Shown here: piece after piece, positions 9,983 to 19,800 of the stretch
How positions within the stretch are numbered: position 1 is the stretch's first letter
Layout of the letters: each line of letters begins with the position of its first letter
Virus record (IMG/VR): IMGVR_UViG_3300029812_000326
Span: 32,001-96,000 of that record
Source: a virus
Length of the DNA stretch: 64,000 nt
Reading direction: 5' to 3' (one strand)
The notes under the pieces: model-generated
Databases searched by the model: none
The model's input: the letters and a program-made list of their open reading frames with translations, nothing else
Told to the model about the DNA's origin: nothing
Program-made: the position numbers and the translations under genes

Positions 9983-12900
9983 ATGCCAATTATTTACGAT
10001 CAGGAAGAGAATCAATTTCGCGATAGATTCGGATATTTATTTCCAACTGTTTTATTAGGTGGTGGGTTCATGGCCTGGAAAAAATATTATGGATCTCCAC
10101 AACTTGGAAGGAAATTTTCACCCCGCGCATTCATAGGGTTTGTCAAAGATCTAAGCTCCCAAGATTATTTAAGAAAATATCTTACAAGGCCGGATAAGCC
10201 AGAGCTTCCTCTTCAGCACAGACTAGTAGAAACTGCGGTAGAATATGAGAAAAGTAAATCGGTAATAGAATTTCTTACCGATGCTGATCTGAAAACTGTT
10301 CGTGAAATTGGTAAAGCCTTGCCAACTCCAATTAAAGTGGAAGAAATTGAATTTAAACGTCAGGTAATTAGACAATTCAATCCAGTAACCTATGATTTGG
10401 TAAGGAATAATTTAGAAAAGACACAAGAAGTATTTAATGAATTGCTCGAAAATGTTGAAGATTCTAAACATTTACAAAGTATTCTTAAACAACAACTTGA
10501 GCGATATAGATTTAGAAAATCCCATTTGCTTATATATTCGAAATTTTCAGAAATTATTAGTCCAGAAATGCTGAAAAGCGAAGCTGAGCAGACGGTTTTA
10601 ATGAGACAACTATGGGATACGCAAAAGAAACAAACTCAGGAAGCCAGAAGACTTGCACAAATACTTCAAAGAGAATCCCCGGAAACTATAGTAAATTTGA
10701 AAATTCCAAAAGTTTTAGAACGCGTTGATCCCGCCATTCTGATAGATGAAAGACGAGCGAGACTTCAGCCTGCTGGCAAAACAATCAATGATTCAGGTAT
10801 TAAATTGTCTTATACAGGTTATAAATCATTTCTTCAAACGCTCAGAAGAGCAAGAGTTGATTCCAAAGCTATTGCTGCAATTGAAACAATTGATCCAATA
10901 CTAAAGCAGCATTTAAATGAGCTTGCTCATACAAAAGCCCGAATTACATATGCATTACAAGATAATGCTTTTAATTTGCGAGCTGTAATCAAATTGTCTA
11001 TTCAAGTCAAAGAAGAAGGCAAAAGAGAAACCATTAACTTGAAGATCCCGCTCACTCGTGGTGGAAGATTAAGAGTCAATGGAACGCGTTGGATTCCTCA
11101 AAGATATAAAGGCATCAAACCACTCATTCCTGAAATAGAACGAATTGAATCTGATATTTATGAATCGATGATCCGTAATTTGAATAAAAGATTTAAGAAT
11201 GAAGTTTGGCATAGAATAATGGCTGGAGATGCCCGAGGTGGAGAACGAGCCATCAATACTTTAATTAAAGAGCCGATTGATGAAAGATTAATCATGGAGG
11301 TTGGATGTCCAGTACATGATTTCATTGAACAAAATGTAATTCAGGATGCTAAGCTTGGCTATTTATCTCCTACTCGCGGATTTAAAAATGAAGATGAAAG
11401 ACGTGCTGTGAGTGACCGATTTAAAAAAATGCAGAAACTTAAATTACTTCTGATGGAAGGCGATGGAAAATTAAAATTACCAAATAGGTATGCATTTATA
11501 GATTTTGAAACATTTGGAACAAAAACGAATTACCTGCCGCATCAGGTAACCATTGGAATAATTGAAAATGGCGCAGTTGTTGATTGGTATACAGGAAAAG
11601 TTGATCCTCGAAGTATTAATGCCAATTATGCTTTCCCGGAAATTGATTTGAAACTTTCATTCAAAGGAAAAACAAGAGAGCAGGTTATGAAAGAATTTGA
11701 TGAAATGGGGCAACCCATTAGTAAAATTCGAAAAGAGTTGGAGGATTTCCTGCGGAAAAATGCCAAAGGAGGAAAGCTTCCGGTTGCGGCTTGGAGTGCT
11801 AGTTTTGATGTGGATAGGGTAATGGGCCAGCAATTCTTAGGAGCCAAAGCCTATTTGGGAGAAACCTGGGATCCGATGGATCTCCAAAAAGCTATTGATC
11901 CAGATGTCCAAGCTTCAGTTTCTCTTAGATCTGTTGGACAATCGCGGAAAATTTTCATTCCGACATCTTCAAAGAAAGATTTGACTCTTAATAAGAAAGT
12001 TATTGAATCATTTAAAAAAGATCATAAACTAATGGCTATTTTGAAAGACAAAGATCCTGGATTTTATAGCAAATTGGCAAAAGCGATTTCTGAAAAACAA
12101 ATACGAAATCTAGTGATGCATGAAGCATCAATTGATGTACTTATGGCAAATAAAGTTTTTCAAGACATTGCGAAGGATATTAATTTACATTCTTCGGTAG
12201 TGATGCGCGATTTAAATGCAATGTTATTAGCATATCATCGCGCATTAACTCGCTCGATAAATCCAATAGACGTTAATCATTGGACTACCAGAGCATTGGG
12301 ACATAACTTCCCATCTCTTTCTCCTGCTCAGATTTTGCAAGGTAAATTTACGAACTTTGACATCAGAGATTTAGCTCCGCTTACGAATTTGGGCTTGGAT
12401 CCAACAAGACCATTTTATCAGCAATGGAACTCCGCGCGTCTGATTACCACCCATGTTCCTGACTTGGTCACGAAGACATATAAAAAGATCGCGAGTAGGC
12501 GCGGAGAAATTTTCAAATCGATGGATATATTAACAATTTTTAATCCATTAACTGCGGAAAATGCTGGCTTGATAGATTTTCAGGCCGCAGATGAAATGGC
12601 AATTAAAATGGTATCGAAATTGATTAGAATCCCTCACACTGGTAATTTGAAACTCATACCGGAACTCAAGGAGGCGTTTGAGCAGATAAAATCAGCAAAG
12701 ACTCCGAAAGATCGCGAAATTGTATTATCGAAATTGAGGCAGAAAATGGCGAAAGCCTATCAGAAGGGATCCCGGTTTAAAGAATGGCTGCCAGGATATA
12801 CTTTACTTGGAGAAGCGGAAGGATTTACATTTGATACTTCGACTCCATTAATGTCAGCGATTGAAAATATTGAATATAATAATGAAAATAGAGAAATAGC

Positions 12901-15900
12901 TATACGTCTTCAAACTGCCAGTTGTCCTGAAAAATATGGGCATCCAATGAAAATTTTTGCATATCCATATAAAGGAATGTTAACTCCAATAGAAGGATTA
13001 AGATCGATTACTTGGGTTGATGCCGTTCTTCGTAAAGATCTTGCAAAACGCGGCAGAATGTCAGTCATGTTAGGCCAAATTCAAAGATTGACTAGGAATT
13101 TCCAAACCATTCATTCGAAATTAACTCCATCCCAAACATTTCAATTTTTTGAAACAGTTAAAATTTTTGTGAATAAAATAAATTCAATGGGTGGTATTAA
13201 ATTAGATTGGCAAGTCAATAAAGGTAAACTTCAATTTATAGACGAAATAACGGGAAAAGAATGGCAAAAATTGGATCTCGGAAAAATTGAAAAAAATTGG
13301 TTACAATTTTCCGAAGGCGAATGGGTTAGATTTATGAAAGAATATTCCCAAAAAATCCGACATATGATGATTTCATTTGGGATTAAATATTCCAGACATG
13401 ATCCTCGCTTGCCTTATTGGACTCAAGGTCAACTTGAATCGATGCTATCAACTGAATGGGGTAGACGATATCCTAAAAAACTAGCATTTGCTGATTTGTC
13501 CCGAGCTGAACAAAATGTATTTCGGGAAAAAATAGAAGTAGAAATGCACGAACAATTATCAAAAAGTGAATTCTCCAAATTTTTTACAAAAGCAGAATTA
13601 GAACGTTGGAAATCCGGAACTTTAATGGAAGGCCATCTTTCTTTGATTCAACTATTCGGCGGTTCTTGGGGAATATTAGAAGTTACTCCGGCATCTAGAG
13701 CATATGAAGCCGGAGAATTATATGCTAAAGGTGCCGATATAAAAATCCCCAGCTTGGATGAATTAGTTGTGTCCGGACCAATAGCTCAAAGAATTGCTCG
13801 CACATTCACTGGCGAACAGCGCGATATGATGAATTATATGTCAAACATCCAGCCCCTTTTGAGATATGGAATCTTGCCTGAATCTCATTATCCAATTATA
13901 AAAGCCTCAGAAATAAATCTTGATCCTATGACAACTCATTTAGGATTTAAAGAGGAAATTGGAATCATAGAAGATAAATCTTTCAGAATTAAATGCGTTG
14001 AAACTGGGGAAATTTTTAATTCTTTGGAAGAAGTTCCAGACCGCTATTTGAAGCAATATACATTAAGACCCATGGGTATGAATGCATATATGCACCCAAA
14101 AACCTTGGAATCGATGTATGGACAACAACCAACTATAGTTGAATTCAATATAGGGAAAAAGAAGGTTTACCTTCCCAGACCGGCATTATCATTTATCAGA
14201 GGTGCGCCCGCCAGAGTCACGAAAAGCGGAGATCCTTATACCATCATTGGAAAAGAGATTCAAACATTTAAAAATCTATTGATTGCGGCATCAGATTACG
14301 AGAAAATTAAAGGGGACGAAGCAAAAGCCGCATTTGAAAGAAAGTTCTTTTCACGGGCTGAAGACTATAAAAATATGATATTAACGGATAAAAATGCATA
14401 TATAAAAATGACCAAACCAACGATTCCTGGAGTTCAAGGAAAGATTTCCATGGCATTTGCCCCCGGAATGGCTAAAGCGTTGGGATTGCCGCAAGATATG
14501 TTTAGCCATATAACTACAGGATTTGGGATACAGGGAGTATCTGTAAAGTCGATGGGCGAAGAATATTTTAATAAAGCCATGGATGTCCATCAAATAAAGG
14601 AAGGATCGAATGTTGGAAAATATAGAGGCGCCACAGGAATGGTTTATCCGAATAAAATGGCGTTTAGGGAAGCTCTTATTGAAGGTGAAGAATTACTTGC
14701 GGGAACTATTATCAGAACCCCCGCAGAAAACCGATTCGCATTTTTTGATACATTGATCACTGTTAAAAAAGATCAAGCAGCTGGAATGCGCCTCCAACTT
14801 AGAGAAGCATTAGCAACCCACTGTGATTATGATGGGGATATAGGGCGCCTAGTATTTGCCGAGTTTTCTCCCCAGGAGCAGGAGCAAGCTTTGAAAGATC
14901 TCATAAATAAGCAACACGTTGATAGAAAAGCACATGCAACATTAGCTGAAAGGATCAAAAAGCTTCAAGCAAATGTGCTTGAATATGAAACCGGCAAAGA
15001 CGTCGCAACCAAAAAACAGATTGTCAAGGAAATTGAACAAATTCAAGAACTTGAAAAAACAATGAACGTTAATGTCTATGGTCAAGGTATTTGGGTAAGG
15101 GAAGCTAAACCAAAAGCGATTCCAAAAGAAATTAAATTAGGAATTGGCGATGAAATGAGATTTCGAAAAATGAATTTGCATCAGTTTATGAAAGAATTGC
15201 CATCTATTGATCTTCCCGAAAGATTGATCAAATTACCGGGTGAAGAATTGGAACAACATCTTTCCAATATGCTTACGAAAACTGCTACAGCCTACTCGTA
15301 TAGAAAAGCAATGACCATGAGATCAGCAACTAAGCTATTTGGTGGAAAATTAACTGAACAATATTTGGACTTATATAATGAATTGGCCGGAAAAGTTACT
15401 GCATTCAAAAAAGTTCCATATGAAAAAGCTGAGCAAATAACTAGAGCTCTATTGGAACCAGAAGCTGCAGAATCGAAAAAAATTATGGGAGAAGTATTAA
15501 ATAGGGATGCGGAAGAACTTTGGCCACAATTTAAAGAATGGCATTCTGCACTAAATCGTGCCATGATGAGAAAGGAAGTTAATGAATTAATCAGTTCTGG
15601 AATGAAACGCGCCCCTATTACGGGTGGACAGTTGGCATTATGGGGTCCAAGTGCAGAAATCCCTGCTGCAGGAAAGACTCGCGCAATTTTAGACTTTTGG
15701 GGTAAAGAAAAGTTTCTTGATAGCTTTAAACGTCAAGGGAAAAAAGGCGGCATTGCAATTGCGTTGGCCGCGCTTGTCGCTCCGATTTTCCTGTCGCACG
15801 ATAATATATATGATAAAAAAGGATATCCAATAATTCCAACGAATTTCAACGTTGCTCAGCCAATATTCCCAGCCCCTATTCACATAATACCAAACGATCC

Positions 15901-16030
15901 ACCATCGCATCCTATAAGAACATTTAAACCTCAGATTATTGATCCTTTGCTTATTAATTTTGGTTCTGACAACAACTTAACAACAAGAAGGAATAGTGGC
16001 CAATATCCAAATGAATTGAGAAATTACTAG
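9983..16030 (+). CDS. Putative virion single-chain two-barrel RNA polymerase fused to a DEDDh 3'-5' exonuclease
   Basis: Exo motifs IDFET (11501), WSASFD (11792-11809), HEASID (12119-12136). RNAP motifs PMKIFAYPYKGML (12944-12982), IIRTP (R at 14714), HCDYDGD (DYDGD at 14825-14839). Confidence 0.72.
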   Translation: MPIIYDQEENQFRDRFGYLFPTVLLGGGFMAWKKYYGSPQLGRKFSPRAFIGFVKDLSSQDYLRKYLTRPDKPELPLQHRLVETAVEYEKSKSVIEFLTDADLKTVREIGKALPTPIKVEEIEFKRQVIRQFNPVTYDLVRNNLEKTQEVFNELLENVEDSKHLQSILKQQLERYRFRKSHLLIYSKFSEIISPEMLKSEAEQTVLMRQLWDTQKKQTQEARRLAQILQRESPETIVNLKIPKVLERVDPAILIDERRARLQPAGKTINDSGIKLSYTGYKSFLQTLRRARVDSKAIAAIETIDPILKQHLNELAHTKARITYALQDNAFNLRAVIKLSIQVKEEGKRETINLKIPLTRGGRLRVNGTRWIPQRYKGIKPLIPEIERIESDIYESMIRNLNKRFKNEVWHRIMAGDARGGERAINTLIKEPIDERLIMEVGCPVHDFIEQNVIQDAKLGYLSPTRGFKNEDERRAVSDRFKKMQKLKLLLMEGDGKLKLPNRYAFIDFETFGTKTNYLPHQVTIGIIENGAVVDWYTGKVDPRSINANYAFPEIDLKLSFKGKTREQVMKEFDEMGQPISKIRKELEDFLRKNAKGGKLPVAAWSASFDVDRVMGQQFLGAKAYLGETWDPMDLQKAIDPDVQASVSLRSVGQSRKIFIPTSSKKDLTLNKKVIESFKKDHKLMAILKDKDPGFYSKLAKAISEKQIRNLVMHEASIDVLMANKVFQDIAKDINLHSSVVMRDLNAMLLAYHRALTRSINPIDVNHWTTRALGHNFPSLSPAQILQGKFTNFDIRDLAPLTNLGLDPTRPFYQQWNSARLITTHVPDLVTKTYKKIASRRGEIFKSMDILTIFNPLTAENAGLIDFQAADEMAIKMVSKLIRIPHTGNLKLIPELKEAFEQIKSAKTPKDREIVLSKLRQKMAKAYQKGSRFKEWLPGYTLLGEAEGFTFDTSTPLMSAIENIEYNNENREIAIRLQTASCPEKYGHPMKIFAYPYKGMLTPIEGLRSITWVDAVLRKDLAKRGRMSVMLGQIQRLTRNFQTIHSKLTPSQTFQFFETVKIFVNKINSMGGIKLDWQVNKGKLQFIDEITGKEWQKLDLGKIEKNWLQFSEGEWVRFMKEYSQKIRHMMISFGIKYSRHDPRLPYWTQGQLESMLSTEWGRRYPKKLAFADLSRAEQNVFREKIEVEMHEQLSKSEFSKFFTKAELERWKSGTLMEGHLSLIQLFGGSWGILEVTPASRAYEAGELYAKGADIKIPSLDELVVSGPIAQRIARTFTGEQRDMMNYMSNIQPLLRYGILPESHYPIIKASEINLDPMTTHLGFKEEIGIIEDKSFRIKCVETGEIFNSLEEVPDRYLKQYTLRPMGMNAYMHPKTLESMYGQQPTIVEFNIGKKKVYLPRPALSFIRGAPARVTKSGDPYTIIGKEIQTFKNLLIAASDYEKIKGDEAKAAFERKFFSRAEDYKNMILTDKNAYIKMTKPTIPGVQGKISMAFAPGMAKALGLPQDMFSHITTGFGIQGVSVKSMGEEYFNKAMDVHQIKEGSNVGKYRGATGMVYPNKMAFREALIEGEELLAGTIIRTPAENRFAFFDTLITVKKDQAAGMRLQLREALATHCDYDGDIGRLVFAEFSPQEQEQALKDLINKQHVDRKAHATLAERIKKLQANVLEYETGKDVATKKQIVKEIEQIQELEKTMNVNVYGQGIWVREAKPKAIPKEIKLGIGDEMRFRKMNLHQFMKELPSIDLPERLIKLPGEELEQHLSNMLTKTATAYSYRKAMTMRSATKLFGGKLTEQYLDLYNELAGKVTAFKKVPYEKAEQITRALLEPEAAESKKIMGEVLNRDAEELWPQFKEWHSALNRAMMRKEVNELISSGMKRAPITGGQLALWGPSAEIPAAGKTRAILDFWGKEKFLDSFKRQGKKGGIAIALAALVAPIFLSHDNIYDKKGYPIIPTNFNVAQPIFPAPIHIIPNDPPSHPIRTFKPQIIDPLLINFGSDNNLTTRRNSGQYPNELRNY

Positions 16031-16032
16031 AA

Positions 16033-16048
16033 TTGAACTATAACAATA
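16033..16048 (+). repeat. 16-bp intergenic motif TTGAACTATAACAATA, copy 1 (candidate promoter)
   Basis: Exact copy at 30721-30736; both intergenic and upstream of HNH ORFs. Confidence 0.45.
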
Positions 16049-16100
16049 TTGAGATGATACATAGAAAAACAAAAGGAAAAGAAATCATAGGAGAATAAAT

Positions 16101-16298
16101 ATTTTTTATCGTATACAAATTTCGGGGAAATTTACTAAACCCATTAATATTCAAGGACTTGAAAACAACCTCGAATCCTTATTTAAAAATCTAACTGGAG
16201 AAAATGTAACCATTTTTAATAACAGTTCTCCAACTCCTAAAAGAGATTGGAAAAATCCATCTTCCGTCGGGATACAATTGAATCCTTTAAGGAAATAA
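16101..16298 (+). CDS. Unlisted 65-aa ORF with probable ATT start (MFYRIQISGKFTKPINIQGLENNLESLF...)
   Basis: SD AGGAGA at 16089-16094; open frame; ends with the operon's TAA-ATT-ATG junction into 16302. Confidence 0.55.
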   Translation: MFYRIQISGKFTKPINIQGLENNLESLFKNLTGENVTIFNNSSPTPKRDWKNPSSVGIQLNPLRK

Positions 16299-16301
16299 AT
16301 T

Positions 16302-16805
16302 ATGCCATATAAAGATCCAAAAAAACGAAAAGAATATCAGTAGGAATATTTACAAAAGAATAAAGAAAAATTAAAAATTCGCAGGCAGAAATATTATCAA
16401 GAAAATAAAGAAAAAATTAAAAAATATCTTCAAGAACATAAGGAAAGTGTTAAAAAACTTAAATTGAAATATATACGAAATCATCCGCATCGTGTTTGGG
16501 CAACGCATACCTTTAATGGTCATAAACACCGAAGATTTATAATTAATATTTCTATCGACGAACTTGAAGAAATTGCTAAAAATATAACTCATTGCCCTAT
16601 ATGTAATAGTGAATTCAAATGGAAACAAGAAAAACAATGTGATAATACACCATCTTTGGATCGGATTAATAATGGAAATAATATTGATAAAAATTCAGTT
16701 TGGATCATATGCAGTAAATGTAATCGAACAAAATCGAATAGGACTCTTAAAGAATTTATAAATTACTGTGAATTGGTTTCGAAAAAGGACTTTAATATCG
16801 AATAA
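16302..16805 (+). pseudogene. HNH-like (His-Me/endonuclease VII-type) homing endonuclease with in-frame TAG at codon 14
   Basis: MPYKDPKKRKEYQ*EYLQKNKE... is in frame with the 16464 ORF; CPIC...PSLDRINN...N...ICSKCNRTK. Confidence 0.75.
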
Positions 16806-16807
16806 TT

Positions 16808-19800
16808 ATGAAAGTATATAATCCAATAGAGTGGAATATTGGTGTGCATGGTGGCTATGATAACCCCGATGATGCTAGAAATATAGTGCAGCCTCTTTTT
16901 GATTTATTGAATTATTTAAATCGATGGTGTCAAGACCAGGGAATGAATCATATTATTATTACTTCTGGAAGACGGGAGGCAAAGTATAATGCTAGCATTG
17001 GAGGAAGCCCAACAAGCTATCATTTGACTGGGCATGCGGCAGATATTGCCATAATCGGGCGCTATAATAGATGGGAACAAACTATGATTTACAATTGGTT
17101 GCACACTGTATTTGCTGATCAACTTGCTCAAGTTTTATATCATGGTACTGGAGGTAATTATCATTTACATATAGGAATTCGGAAAGGATCTGAAGGCATG
17201 GGGCCACTTTTGGAAACTGAAAGCAAAAGTGAAGGAATTATTGAAGAAAAAAAGCCCGGAACCAATTCTTGCAACATTATGAATGATAATATTATGGGAT
17301 ATAATGAAACAATTGCGACTCAGATACCGCTTGATATTTATAAAACGAGCTATGAATTACTTCAGGATGTTACTGAAGAAGAAAAAATTGATCCGTTGAT
17401 TGCATTAGCTCAAAAACCAGGATCATTTAAATTTGGCGCATGTTGGCTAACCGTGCCTCCAACATCAATTGCTTTTACAGAACAAAACAATATTGTTGGA
17501 ATTCCAACCCTTCGTACTAAAGGCAATGTATATTGGAGAACTGGCATCAATTCAATAAACATGGACCTTGAATTTTTGTTTCCAGGATTGATTCAAATTA
17601 ATGACGAATTGAGACATATAATTGCTCAAATTAAAAGATGCCCATTTTTACCTTTCGAAAATTATTATTTGCATTCATTGATATTTCCGGAATTAAAATC
17701 TGCTAAGCCTCAACCTGATATCCCATATGAATTTACCACGGAAGAAAAAACGCAACATGAAAAACAAACTGGCACTCAGGATAGACTTCAACAGCAGCAA
17801 TGGCGATTGAAAAACAAAAAGATTATGGATATAGTCAAATCCGGAGATGAAAAAAGCCTGAAAGAATTTATTGAAAAAGGTAAAAAATATGGATATTTTA
17901 TTCAAGACGCGGAATCTCAAGAAGATAGACGCGAAAGAACTGAACAGCTTGAAAAGCTTTATGAATGGATGGGAAAATATAGACATATTGATGTGGATGA
18001 TACTAGTGGATTAAGCTACCGAGATCAACAAATGGTAGCGGCAATACGATCAATATCGATTACATCTGTGCCCGGATTTCCCAAAACTCTTCAAATGAAT
18101 TGTTCCTGTGATATTTTTAATTATTTTCCTTATACTTCTGCGTTTAGTTTCATAGAAAATGAAACAAAAAACGAAGTTCCGGTTTTCAATATTTCCAAAA
18201 GTGCACTGTTTGGAAAATATTATAAAGGAATGCTCACTAGAAATAATGCCCAAGAATTTAAAGATGCATTTGAATCCACAACAAAATTGGAAGCCATTGG
18301 ATCTGATGAACGTATGGATTATTTGCATCTGAGATATATTTATTCTAAAGAATCGAAAAACCGAGCAATATTAGCTCAAAGAGCTATATTGGAATATATA
18401 CAAGCGATCAAAGATTTTGGAGAAAGCTATGAAGCAGCGCCAGCTGCAGAATTATATCAAAATCTTTTCATATTTCTTACGCATCCCAATTTTGGAGGTT
18501 GGCAAAATCTATTTGATGCGCCTGGAAACGTAATAGATGCCATAAAAGAATTGGGAAAAGATGCAGTAATCGCAGGAAAAAGTATTATTGCTGTGGTGAA
18601 ATTTTATCAAGATTCTTTTGGGGAATATTTACTTGGCATAAATGCAAATAATGAAATATATGTCATAGGTAATAGGAAAGGGCGGGAATATTTCCTTCCA
18701 CTTAAAGATGCAATTAAAAATCCGGAATATCGGACAAGATTATTATTTTATATTAAAGATTATTCAGTTAAAATCCGATCGTTACAATATAATCAGCGGG
18801 ATTTGAAACTTGGAGATCAGAATTCTCAAATAGTTGGAATTTCAGCATCAATGGAAACAAAACTTGTGCCAATGAATATATTAGCATTTACGAAACCAAC
18901 TTTCCAACATCTTGGAAATTCAGAATGGGTTGTTACATTAACGGTTGAAACATCAGATCCAAATTTAATAAGAGATTTTCGCATGATGACTGAACGGCTC
19001 AATCAAACCGCCTTATCACAAATTGCAGTGTTACCGGAAATTCGGGATTATGCGGATCTTTCTGCGCAAATTGTTGAAGGACCATTTTTTAAACTTTTAG
19101 GAATAGAAAATATAATTCCTGGTAATTTCAGATATTCTACCGTGGAAGGAAAACCCGGCATATTCCATATTCAAATCGATTTTGTACAATCCGATTTAGA
19201 ATTGAAAACATATGAAGCACTTCAAGCTCCTGCATATTTTCCGTCTGATTTTATCAAATCATTCATTAAATTAATCCCAGTGTTATTGCTTGAAAATATT
19301 TCTTCTAAACTTGAAGCTGATTGGAATAATTATCACATTATTCATAAATATAAAATTGGAATGCAGCTTTTGCATCAAACATTAGAAAATTATCCGAAAT
19401 GGTCAAAATTTCTATTTTATTTATGTAAACCAATTCCAAAATCTTTATGTTCAGAATCAATTCCAGTCTATAAATTTATTCTTAATGACATAAGTTCCGA
19501 ATTAATTGCAAAAAAGCAACAAAAAGATTTATTTAAATGGGATTGGAAAGATATCCTTATGTACGCCGGTGCATATTTTACTGCAAGATTGGGGGCGGGA
19601 CCGGGTCCAGTTGGTGATGTAAGAGCCCATTCAGGTGCGATGGCAGCAAAATTTACATTTACGAATTTACTTAACACTACAATATTTGCGGCATATAAAG
19701 GTGCCGTTGGACGACAATTGAAAGCAACGTTGAATGAAGCCATAAATAGGGAAAATGTTCCGTCCGAATTAAAGATTGATTCAACAGAAAATGGACGGAA

